Below are positions 56,435 to 64,000 of a DNA stretch of 64,000 nt, one piece after another. The DNA comes from a virus (lineage: Duplodnaviria > Caudoviricetes). Location of the stretch: IMG/VR virus record IMGVR_UViG_3300024259_001623; one strand, given 5' to 3'. The translations under genes and the position numbers were made by a program. Each line of letters starts with the position of its first letter. Within the stretch, counting starts at the first letter, position 1. The notes beneath the pieces are model-generated. The model was not told the DNA's origin. It did not search any database and worked only from the letters and a program-made list of their open reading frames with translations.

Positions 56435-59065
56435 TTAATAACGATCAACTCCGCCAAGGTCATCGTCAACTTCTCTTTCTTCATCTATATCATTATCAAA
56501 AACATCCACTGATACATCTTCATCTTCATCATCAAAGAAATCAGAATCTTTTATGAAGTATTTCGTGTCAAATCCCAAGAACCTTTCCCAGATAAGGTCA
56601 TAATCCAGAGGATCGACTCCATAACATATATCTAAACAATGCAATAGAACGCTTGCATAACCTGAATTATGAACTACAAAAGAAGATGTTAAATAATTAG
56701 ATTCATTTTCTACAGTCAAATCATAAACTTCTTTTATATTTTCAACTTCTGCTATACTTCTAACTTTTAATAATATCCCATTATCAACCTGTTTATACGT
56801 AAATTTTTTATTGTTTTCTATATAGATAGTTTTTGGAGAAACGATAACATAACTATTTTTTGCATTTCTAAATGCTTCTCTTTTATCGATTCTTTCATAC
56901 AAACTCAAAGAAGAAGGCACACCAATTTTTCTATAAATATATCTGATTTGATTAGCCAACTTTTTAGAAACTGTTGTATAACTCAACTTATATTTACTTA
57001 ATGATCCATCTCCATCATGCAACCCAATTAATAAAGATTTTATTTTTTCATAATTATTTTCTTTTATAAATAGCTCTGGTATATATTTAGAAGAAGCGCA
57101 AAAATTATAATCTTTAAACATTTTTTTAAATAATGCATATATGAATTTACTTTTTATATATACCTGAATTAAATTTTTGCTTACATGTTTGTTTATGTAT
57201 ATACTAAAATTATATTTATCAAAATAATTTATAATCTTGTATATTTGATCTTCTTCATTACTATTAAAAGCGAATGCTATATAACTCTTATCTCTTCGTG
57301 TAATCCAGCCATCAGATATAAACTTACCTACAACATAAAAAAAATCATCATCAAATGATATATATCTATCATGCACTAAATCACTCAATATATTCTTTTT
57401 ATTCATAGGATTTAATCTCATAGAATGAACTTGATGTTTATCACATACCATATCACTATTATTTTGAAATTCACCAAAATCTATAAATTTGTTATTATTC
57501 TGCTTAAAATTCTCTTTGACATAAGGGACAAAAACCCAATCTCCAACTTCTAAATCTTTTGCATTAATCCAGCACATATGATTACCTGTTGGATCTTTAT
57601 ATCTTTTCATGCGTTTTTTACAAGAATCACTATATTTCTCCCATCCATCTGGTCTTACTAGTTTTTCAACCAAGATTTTATGATCTTTGGTAACAGTTAC
57701 CCCACACGAATCTCCATAATAACATTTGATATTTAAAAGCGTTTCATCTTTAATATTATATTTATGTTTTTTCACAACTTTTTGTTTTTTACCGCTTAAA
57801 GATATAACATTATCTCCTTCCTTAATATCTTTAATTTTTTTTGTTTCCCCCTCTCCCATTACAATACCAACATCACCTGACAAACATCCTCTACCTGGAC
57901 CTGTCAAAATATCAGAATCATTTGCAAATTTCATTATATCTTCTTCGATCAGAAAATATGTTGCAAAATCATATCCATTATTTTCCCAAGCGACTCTAAC
58001 ATCTTTCAACTCTTTTTTCAACGTTGCTACGTGGTCAGGACTTTTATCCCATCCTCTTTTCTTCATACCATCCATAGCTTTTTTCTTCATATATTCGTAT
58101 GAGCCTTCAAACTCTCCCATATCCGCATATTCTTTTGGTATCTCTATATTAGGCAATCTCATACCGCCAAATAGATTCTTGGTTATATCTTCTGTATCTA
58201 TTCGGTCTGACAAAGCAACAGTGTTCCTTAAACATTCTGGAGAAAATCTAAATATCTTTGCCATTTCCTCTGCACTTTTAAGATAGAACTCTTCATACGG
58301 ATGCTTTAAATGCTTTGGATTTGTGATACAATTAGATGTTGACATGCACATAAGAACTTCATGAGATTTTGCGTGTTCTTTTAAAAGATAATGACAATCA
58401 TTTGTCGCTATGACTGGAATGTCCATTTCTTTTCCTAGCTTGAAAATCTCTGGAAGAATAAGAGCTTCTTTATCTATACCATGATACATTGCCTCAAGGA
58501 AAAAATCTTCTCCAAAAATATCTTTTAATATACCGCAAATATCTTTTGCACTATCATATCTATCATAAAGAAGATTAGCATTGATTGCACTAGATAAGCA
58601 AGCGCTGCCTATGATTAAGCCCTCAGAATGCTTCTCTAACAGTTCTAAATCTATTCTAGGGGTGAAATAGAATCCATCAACCCAAGACTTCTCAGACAGA
58701 GTACACAGGTTCTCATACCCTTTATAGTTTTTCGCCCATATATTTAAATGCCTATTACCCTTCTGCCCATCAGGCTGATCGTCTTTGCTTTTATATTCCA
58801 TCTTTCTAGATAAATATACTTCACATCCCAAAATGGGCTTAATTGGTTTATATGGAATGTCATCTCCGTTCTTATCTTTAGTAGCAGAGCATTCTTTGAT
58901 AAACTTGATCCAAGAACCTATAGTTCCATGATCTGTTATAGCCAATGCCGGAAATTCCATTTCCCTTGCCTTTAAGACCAGCTTCTTTAGCTGAGACAAT
59001 CCATCAAACTGGCTAAATTCAGAATGACAATGTGCGTGAACAAAATCACTGTTTTTGAACTTCAT
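56435..59065 (-). CDS. dnaE: DNA polymerase III alpha, N-terminal half (PHP domain plus start of palm), intein-containing
   Basis: Start adjusted to ATG 59065 (SD AAGGA). Motifs HAHCHSEFS.FDG, AITDHG, GCEVY, SACL, TNDCHY, GPGRG|S and VDPL.YDLIWERFL, then an acidic tail and stop with no PDxDxD motif. Confidence 0.92.
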   Translation of the reverse strand: MKFKNSDFVHAHCHSEFSQFDGLSQLKKLVLKAREMEFPALAITDHGTIGSWIKFIKECSATKDKNGDDIPYKPIKPILGCEVYLSRKMEYKSKDDQPDGQKGNRHLNIWAKNYKGYENLCTLSEKSWVDGFYFTPRIDLELLEKHSEGLIIGSACLSSAINANLLYDRYDSAKDICGILKDIFGEDFFLEAMYHGIDKEALILPEIFKLGKEMDIPVIATNDCHYLLKEHAKSHEVLMCMSTSNCITNPKHLKHPYEEFYLKSAEEMAKIFRFSPECLRNTVALSDRIDTEDITKNLFGGMRLPNIEIPKEYADMGEFEGSYEYMKKKAMDGMKKRGWDKSPDHVATLKKELKDVRVAWENNGYDFATYFLIEEDIMKFANDSDILTGPGRGCLSGDVGIVMGEGETKKIKDIKEGDNVISLSGKKQKVVKKHKYNIKDETLLNIKCYYGDSCGVTVTKDHKILVEKLVRPDGWEKYSDSCKKRMKRYKDPTGNHMCWINAKDLEVGDWVFVPYVKENFKQNNNKFIDFGEFQNNSDMVCDKHQVHSMRLNPMNKKNILSDLVHDRYISFDDDFFYVVGKFISDGWITRRDKSYIAFAFNSNEEDQIYKIINYFDKYNFSIYINKHVSKNLIQVYIKSKFIYALFKKMFKDYNFCASSKYIPELFIKENNYEKIKSLLIGLHDGDGSLSKYKLSYTTVSKKLANQIRYIYRKIGVPSSLSLYERIDKREAFRNAKNSYVIVSPKTIYIENNKKFTYKQVDNGILLKVRSIAEVENIKEVYDLTVENESNYLTSSFVVHNSGYASVLLHCLDICYGVDPLDYDLIWERFLGFDTKYFIKDSDFFDDEDEDVSVDVFDNDIDEEREVDDDLGGVDRY
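56666..57886 (-). mobile_element. Full-length intein with LAGLIDADG homing endonuclease (407 aa)
   Basis: Starts CLSGD after GPGRG and ends YDLTVE.ESNY....VVHN before Ser. Block B motif VTKDH; LAGLIDADG motifs VGKFISDG and IGLHDGDG. Confidence 0.92.
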
Positions 59066-59084
59066 ATTTTTCCTTCTATGTTTG

Positions 59085-59435
59085 TTACTGTTCAATATCT
59101 AAAAATGCATGCTTAGATATTTTGTCTTTTCCTGCAACGATATTATGTTTTGATGTGGTTAGTATGATAGATACTATATCATCTATATCTATACCTTTTT
59201 CATTGCTTGATGCTGATTTAAAAAATATTATTATATCTATAGAATGTTCTTCTACTTTTTTAATACGAACTTTGTCATATCTTTTTATATGATCATTTTT
59301 CGCATCTCTGTATTCTATAGTAATATCTGTACTAGCTTTTCTAATATTATTTAAAAGATCTATTATGACCTCTTCATCATGCAGATCATCTTCAGATACA
59401 GTTTTTGTTACTATTTGTTTTCTTATATATATCAT
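59085..59435 (-). CDS. Hypothetical protein
   Basis: 116 aa ORF ending HAFLDIEQ. Confidence 0.55.
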   Translation of the reverse strand: MIYIRKQIVTKTVSEDDLHDEEVIIDLLNNIRKASTDITIEYRDAKNDHIKRYDKVRIKKVEEHSIDIIIFFKSASSNEKGIDIDDIVSIILTTSKHNIVAGKDKISKHAFLDIEQ

Positions 59436-59438
59436 AGT

Positions 59439-59708
59439 TTAATTATGTTTTGTAGGGTCATATCTTTCTCTATGACCATCTCTGAATTTTACGTATTTGG
59501 GATTACACTTTTTGACATAATCCCCGTCTAGCTCGAAAGACTCTTTTTCTTTGGCCGCTTTTCCGAAATATCCTACGCTACCACTGATTTTAACCCTCTT
59601 ACATTTTGTTCCATCTTCTAAGACATACGGTTTATTTCTATCTTTTATAGGTCTTAATTTCTCAAATATTTCCTCAGTTTCTGGATGGACATACTCATAT
59701 ATAGGCAT
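59439..59708 (-). CDS. FmdB-like zinc-ribbon protein (degenerate)
   Basis: MPIYEY.H......FE...C.R matches the FmdB N-terminus, but most Cys ligands are absent. Confidence 0.5.
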   Translation of the reverse strand: MPIYEYVHPETEEIFEKLRPIKDRNKPYVLEDGTKCKRVKISGSVGYFGKAAKEKESFELDGDYVKKCNPKYVKFRDGHRERYDPTKHN

Positions 59709-59719
59709 TACAATTCCTT

Positions 59720-60502
59720 TTAAAACAAATCTAAAAACTTATGAGACTTTTCTTCACATACAACTTCATCATCACTATCAGAATAGATTGCTATTAGCTC
59801 CATCGCTTTATCAAAACTTGTTTGTTTAATCTCTTCAAATATAGTCTTTTTAAATCTTCCTAATATTTTATTTTGTCTTTTTATACTATACGTGGAAAAT
59901 TCTTTTAAATCATATTCATTTTGCAATAAGATTTTTTTAATCACCTTTTTATTATCTGCTATACTTACAAAGAATGGCAGAAAGTTATTGTTTACAATAT
60001 CTTCATCTGACATCCCTTTGCTTCTGAGGTATCCTATTGAATTACCATAAGCAAATTCTTCTTCTACTTCTACACTACTTTTCCTAACTCCTTCACAATC
60101 ACATACATAATGCAATAATTCATGAACTAAAACTTCATCAATTTCTATTTTTGCAGTAATGCTATATTTTTTTGAACTACCATGATCCAGACTAGACAAG
60201 ACTACAGTTTTCATAACCTTTTCAAAAAATCCGCCTACACCTTTATACCCCAGCCTGGACAAAAACTTTTGATTACAATGATAAACAACTACAGATTTTA
60301 CATCCTCTTTAGGATATAGATTATCAACATAGTCAAAAGCCTCTTTATGCTGAGGATATTTTATAATTACAGTATCATCATGATTTTTTATCTTATCTAT
60401 ATTTTCCTTAATAGTTTCACAATTTATTTTATACTGTTTTGCTCTAGCATTATAAAATTTTGCCATTTGACCATAGGTAGGTCTTCTTGTAGGTCTTCTC
60501 AT
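59720..60502 (-). CDS. Putative zincin metalloprotein (HExxH)
   Basis: VLVHELLHY followed by EEEFAY; ends HKFLDLF. Confidence 0.5.
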   Translation of the reverse strand: MRRPTRRPTYGQMAKFYNARAKQYKINCETIKENIDKIKNHDDTVIIKYPQHKEAFDYVDNLYPKEDVKSVVVYHCNQKFLSRLGYKGVGGFFEKVMKTVVLSSLDHGSSKKYSITAKIEIDEVLVHELLHYVCDCEGVRKSSVEVEEEFAYGNSIGYLRSKGMSDEDIVNNNFLPFFVSIADNKKVIKKILLQNEYDLKEFSTYSIKRQNKILGRFKKTIFEEIKQTSFDKAMELIAIYSDSDDEVVCEEKSHKFLDLF

Positions 60503-60762
60503 TCATCTTCTCCTGTTTCTTCATCTATCTCTTCATCTACTACTTTTTTGGAATATCCATCTACGCATTGAACAACGCAATAAGGTTCCGAATAACGTAC
60601 ATAAACTCTATGTTTTTCTATTATACCTAAAATACTTACAGATCTTATTTCTATAGGGTTTGTACAATCATCGGTCCCACATGAATCACACATGGAATCC
60701 ACAAAACCATTCTGGTTAAACATTAATTTTGATAATGGACAAACTTGACAATTATATTCCAA
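60499..60762 (-). CDS. Small Cys-rich hypothetical protein
   Basis: CQVC...CDSC...C...C; acidic tail. Confidence 0.5.
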   Translation of the reverse strand: MEYNCQVCPLSKLMFNQNGFVDSMCDSCGTDDCTNPIEIRSVSILGIIEKHRVYVRYSEPYCVVQCVDGYSKKVVDEEIDEETGEDE

Positions 60763-60764
60763 AA

Positions 60765-61316
60765 TTATACCCTCGTAACAGGTTTACCAGGTTTTTTAGT
60801 TTTTTCAACAACTGGTCTTTCAACGACGGTTTCTTCTACATCTGTATCTTCTTCTTGAACTGTTTCTTCTACATCTTCTTCAACAAGACCTTCATCTTCG
60901 TCGCCAATATCAGAATCAAAACTCTGGAACCCTTCTTCATCAGTTTCAAGAGGTTGTATTACCTCTATCTGAGAAGCAGGATTGCCACCAGCTTCGTTCT
61001 TTATATCTTCCACAACATTAGGAATAGGCAATTTAGAACTATGAGCATGTTGACGGCCACGAGGCTCCGGAATCTCATGAGCAACAACTATCTCTTTCTT
61101 TATTTCTCGACCGGGGATGACACCCTTTTCGATCAAAAAATCAGATATTTCTACGAACATATCCGCCGGAAGATCTAAATATTCCACACCGTCAGATGAC
61201 ACAGATATAGTTAATCCATGTGTCTCTGTATTATGGAATCTTACAAAATATGTAAAGTTATCATTATTATATGTAAAATCCATTGTAACTTTAGAATTTG
61301 CATAATCTATAGTCAT
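60765..61316 (-). CDS. Hypothetical protein
   Basis: 183 aa ORF with an acidic, Pro-rich C-terminal half. Confidence 0.55.
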   Translation of the reverse strand: MTIDYANSKVTMDFTYNNDNFTYFVRFHNTETHGLTISVSSDGVEYLDLPADMFVEISDFLIEKGVIPGREIKKEIVVAHEIPEPRGRQHAHSSKLPIPNVVEDIKNEAGGNPASQIEVIQPLETDEEGFQSFDSDIGDEDEGLVEEDVEETVQEEDTDVEETVVERPVVEKTKKPGKPVTRV

Positions 61317-61546
61317 TTTTTGTCTCCTTTTCCACTTCTTATTTTTTTAATTATTATTTTTTCAATTATTGTTTTTCTTAACTCTTGCATGAGTAATTTG
61401 TTCTTTTTTACTAAACCTAGCTCGGAGTCCGGTTCTATAAAATTCAAACAATTACGACATATACGACCATATAAGTTACCACATTCATCTTTATCGTCAG
61501 ATAAACTCATAGGAGAATTATATCCGCATTTAGGGCACTTTCTCAT
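61313..61546 (-). CDS. Small zinc-ribbon protein
   Basis: CPKCG...CRNC. Confidence 0.5.
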   Translation of the reverse strand: MRKCPKCGYNSPMSLSDDKDECGNLYGRICRNCLNFIEPDSELGLVKKNKLLMQELRKTIIEKIIIKKIRSGKGDKK

Positions 61547-61557
61547 AAAAACTCTTA

Positions 61558-61989
61558 TTAAATAATATCGTAATCGAAATCTTCCCTTTCGCCAAAAATC
61601 TTATCTAAAAACTCTGAATCTATTATCCAAGTATCCCAAAAATGCTTCCAAAAGTCCACATTCTCTCTCGCCAAATCTGGAAAAGGCTTTGGTCTATTCC
61701 ATCCTACCGATTGCGACCATGAAGATATAGCTCTAACATCTGGATTATAAAAAGCATCACCCTGAGTAGATGGATTAAACTCCATTATGTATATATCTCC
61801 ATTGGCATAAAAATGTAACAACATTTTAGATGATCCAAATGAACTCGTAATGGTAACACCTGATTCCAGCATCCAAGAGTCTTTAGCAAAAAGATCTTCA
61901 TTCATCAAATCTCTAGTTTGATCAAAAACTCCCTCTGTCTCTATCAGAGTTAAATCATCAAACTCAATTTCGAATTCGGTTTCTGTCAT
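61558..61989 (-). CDS. Hypothetical protein
   Basis: 143 aa acidic ORF coupled to the methyltransferase gene (TAATG). Confidence 0.55.
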   Translation of the reverse strand: MTETEFEIEFDDLTLIETEGVFDQTRDLMNEDLFAKDSWMLESGVTITSSFGSSKMLLHFYANGDIYIMEFNPSTQGDAFYNPDVRAISSWSQSVGWNRPKPFPDLARENVDFWKHFWDTWIIDSEFLDKIFGEREDFDYDII

Positions 61990-62858
61990 TAAAATAAACT
62001 CTCTTCTTTTTCTTGTAATGAATTTTTCTTATTCTTAGCTAATCTATCAGATCTAGGAACATACTCATCTTCTACTATTTTACAATTATCATATTCTTCT
62101 ATTCTATTCCTAGCAAAATCGCAATAATCCTCGTCACAATCTATTCCTATATATTTCCTGCCATACTTGTTGGCAACATATAGAGTAGTGCCAGAACCAG
62201 AAAACATATCCAAAACAGTATCTTCTCGATACGAAAATAACTTAACAACTCTTTTGGCAAGTTCTTCGGGGAAAGGAACCGGATGCCCACCAAGCTTTCT
62301 AGTTTCAGGACGGACAAACCAAGTACTAAATGTCCAATCATTAAACTCCTTAATAGTCATATCGGATAATTCTGAATCACCTTCTAATTTATATTTGTCT
62401 TTAGAAAAAACATATATAAATTCATGCGTACTTCTCATTATAGGGAATGAGCATGAATCAAATGATCCCCACGCTGTCTTTTTGCCAGCAGCATCTTGCT
62501 TATACCAGACTATTTCAGCGAAAGGCAGCATTCCTATTTCTTCCATCTGATTAGACAAATATTTTCCTATAAATCTAAAATATTCTTTGTCTTTGTCGTT
62601 TTGTCTATTAGTAATTGTAGCCATATTAATAGCTAGTCTACCGCCAGACCTTAATACTCTTTTACTTTCTATCCATATTTTTTTTAGCCAATCCATATAA
62701 TCTGACCAAGGCATATCATCTTTATAAGAGCCGTAATCAATTTTCAGATTATATACCGGCGAGGTAAAAATAAGAGATACACAATTATCTGGCATTTTTT
62801 TTAAAACATTCAGATTGTCATCACAAATAATCTTATTTTCAAATTCTTTTACATCCAT
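61989..62858 (-). CDS. DNA N4-C/N6-A methyltransferase (beta class)
   Basis: Motif IV TSPVY precedes HPVPFPEELAKR and motif I DMFSGSGTT...GRKYIGID. Start adjusted to ATG 62858 (SD AGGA). Ends EESLF. Confidence 0.9.
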   Translation of the reverse strand: MDVKEFENKIICDDNLNVLKKMPDNCVSLIFTSPVYNLKIDYGSYKDDMPWSDYMDWLKKIWIESKRVLRSGGRLAINMATITNRQNDKDKEYFRFIGKYLSNQMEEIGMLPFAEIVWYKQDAAGKKTAWGSFDSCSFPIMRSTHEFIYVFSKDKYKLEGDSELSDMTIKEFNDWTFSTWFVRPETRKLGGHPVPFPEELAKRVVKLFSYREDTVLDMFSGSGTTLYVANKYGRKYIGIDCDEDYCDFARNRIEEYDNCKIVEDEYVPRSDRLAKNKKNSLQEKEESLF

Positions 62859-63726
62859 CACATTTTTTCCTATTAAAATGAACATTTTTCATAATCTTAC
62901 CACAAACACAACATTGTTTATCACGACTCAAATTGTTTTGATAACATTGTATACTCTTTAAGGCTAAATATTTCTTCCTTCCCAAAGCAAAATAACTATT
63001 ATCGTACATCTTTTTAAAACAATGAAAAGCATAAATACTGTTAATGCCCAATGTGCCATTAACATTTGATTTGCAATTATAATTAATGGAATAATGAGTA
63101 CATTTAATTTTTTTCTCCAAAATAGATAAAACTTTTTTAAGAAATTTTTCATGCCCAACAATATTAAAACCAATTATTTTAGAGCTATCTCGCGGGGGTT
63201 TAATGCTTCCATCTCCGTCAACGTAGCCTCTTAAAAAATGCCAAAAATATCGATCAGGGATATTAGGCAAATCAAAGTCCCAAGTTTTCCTGTGGCAAAT
63301 ACCTCTATTCATCAAAGACCGGACGAATTCACCAGAATAAACACAAAAGACATAGCAATTAGAATTCTTTTCTTTTTTAATTTCAAAATTCGATTCTAAC
63401 TCATCTTTTAAAAAATCTAACAATTCATAATCTATAGATTTAATTGTGAATTCGTACTTATGAGGTCGGATACAACCATCGGCGGATATATATCCTAATA
63501 AATAAGCCATATTTATAGACCATTTATTAAAATATTGTTTATTAACGTAATTTATTCTTTTGGGATTTTTTCCATTTCTTCCTTTAATAGGAATATTATT
63601 TCTTTTTATTGCATAGCGAATTGCGCTAGCAGTACAATTATATTTTTTAGCAATCTCTGTACTTGCCATATTCTTCAAAATATACATATCATATAATTCT
63701 TGTTTTGTCGCTTTTATTTTAGACAT
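62839..63726 (-). CDS. Free-standing LAGLIDADG homing endonuclease with N-terminal HTH and C-terminal Cys cluster
   Basis: AYLLGYISADGC and HFLRGYVDGDGS motifs; EIAKKYNC....IRYA HTH. Start adjusted to ATG 63726 (SD GGAG). Confidence 0.88.
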   Translation of the reverse strand: MSKIKATKQELYDMYILKNMASTEIAKKYNCTASAIRYAIKRNNIPIKGRNGKNPKRINYVNKQYFNKWSINMAYLLGYISADGCIRPHKYEFTIKSIDYELLDFLKDELESNFEIKKEKNSNCYVFCVYSGEFVRSLMNRGICHRKTWDFDLPNIPDRYFWHFLRGYVDGDGSIKPPRDSSKIIGFNIVGHEKFLKKVLSILEKKIKCTHYSINYNCKSNVNGTLGINSIYAFHCFKKMYDNSYFALGRKKYLALKSIQCYQNNLSRDKQCCVCGKIMKNVHFNRKKCDGCKRI

Positions 63727-63817
63727 TTTTATCTCCCCTGTAATATTCTGGAGAAACAAAAATATCCTTTATATATTTTACCATTTTGCCCCAAAACAAT
63801 AAATTTGTATTACTCAT
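63719..63817 (-). CDS. Possible 32 aa small ORF (MSNTNLLFWGKMVKYIKDIFVSPEYYRGDKNV)
   Basis: Fills the gap between two genes and overlaps both the upstream stop and the downstream start. Confidence 0.25.
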   Translation of the reverse strand: MSNTNLLFWGKMVKYIKDIFVSPEYYRGDKNV

Positions 63818-64000
63818 TTTCTTCCCATAAATATATTTCTTTATTAATTCCTTCGCATACAGCAATACTACTTCTATCTAATTTAATGTCTCGTACATTA
63901 ATTCCCCAAAATTTTCTTTCTACTTCTACAGAAGAGGATAAACCTAGATTAATATTATATGTCTCATCCAAATCCATTTTGGGGTTATTTAAAATATCAA
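63810..64000 (-). CDS. 3' end of a hypothetical protein (starts outside the window)
   Basis: Open frame DILNNPKMDLDETYNINLG...IYLWEENE* ending at TAA 63810-63812. Confidence 0.45.
   Translation of the reverse strand, partial: DILNNPKMDLDETYNINLGLSSSVEVERKFWGINVRDIKLDRSSIAVCEGINKEIYLWEENE

Noticed and set aside
56435-56600. Frameshift hiding the missing PDxDxD motif after ERFL in dnaE gene A
   Set aside because: I saw no NPER/PDID-like text in the other frames, and the next gene (PRTase) starts 16 nt after the stop with its own SD.
55200-56700. Trans-splicing split intein joining the two dnaE genes
   Set aside because: The intein in gene A is complete (Cys start, His-Asn end, then a C-extein). 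Gene A ends in an acidic tail, not an IntN fragment, and gene B does not begin with an IntC fragment.
88-62550. Dozens of short plus-strand ORFs and alternative-frame minus-strand ORFs in the track (for example 88-330, 2479-2661, 14099-14368, 57726-58286, 39737-39940)
   Set aside because: They are antisense or frame shadows of long motif-bearing genes, with no SD and no recognisable motifs. Only neuB is credible on the plus strand.
1-64000. Stop-codon reassignment (alternative genetic code), as in some large phages
   Set aside because: Standard-code ORFs are full length and tightly packed, and TAA, TAG and TGA all act as stops at sensible protein ends.
1-64000. tRNA, rRNA or structured ncRNA genes
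   Set aside because: Intergenic gaps are mostly under 150 nt, and none showed a cloverleaf or T-loop (GTTCRA) context.

Overview
This 64 kb window is AT-rich and very gene-dense, and every credible gene lies on the minus strand except neuB. It most likely comes from a large (jumbo/huge) dsDNA bacteriophage. That is an inference from a gp32-like SSB, a Gam-like protein, a DUF5664 dNTP pyrophosphatase, a Cas4-like nuclease, a free-standing LAGLIDADG endonuclease and many orphan genes, with no ribosomal or central-metabolism genes. No virion genes fall inside the window. There are three parts. (1) Left arm, 1-10.9 kb: beta clamp, SigH-like sigma factor, DnaX, nucleotide-pool enzymes, TopA and a nucleotidyltransferase. 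(2) Glycan-building island, about 10.9-43.9 kb: about 18 glycosyltransferase-like genes, 3 Maf/DUF115-like genes, 5 sulfotransferase-like genes, 4 methyltransferases, an RmlB-like dehydratase, an AmrS-like radical SAM enzyme and two separate CMP-ulosonate pathways (an aldolase-KdsB fusion, and NeuB + KdsC-like phosphatase + NeuA). No flippase, polymerase or exporter is recognisable. (3) Right arm: replication and recombination genes (UvrD/PcrA, Gam-like, SpoVS, Cas4-like, DnaG core, RecA, SSB), a DnaE split into two genes with a complete intein in the first, ClpP, a phosphoribosyltransferase, a DNA methyltransferase and a homing endonuclease. The most notable observations are the two-gene DnaE split in the palm without a split intein, the exporter-less glycosylation island, an A_AAA_AAG -1 frameshift that completes a methyltransferase, and recurring C-terminal SLF/FLD(L)F motifs. 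All family assignments come from motif recognition by eye; no database search was run.
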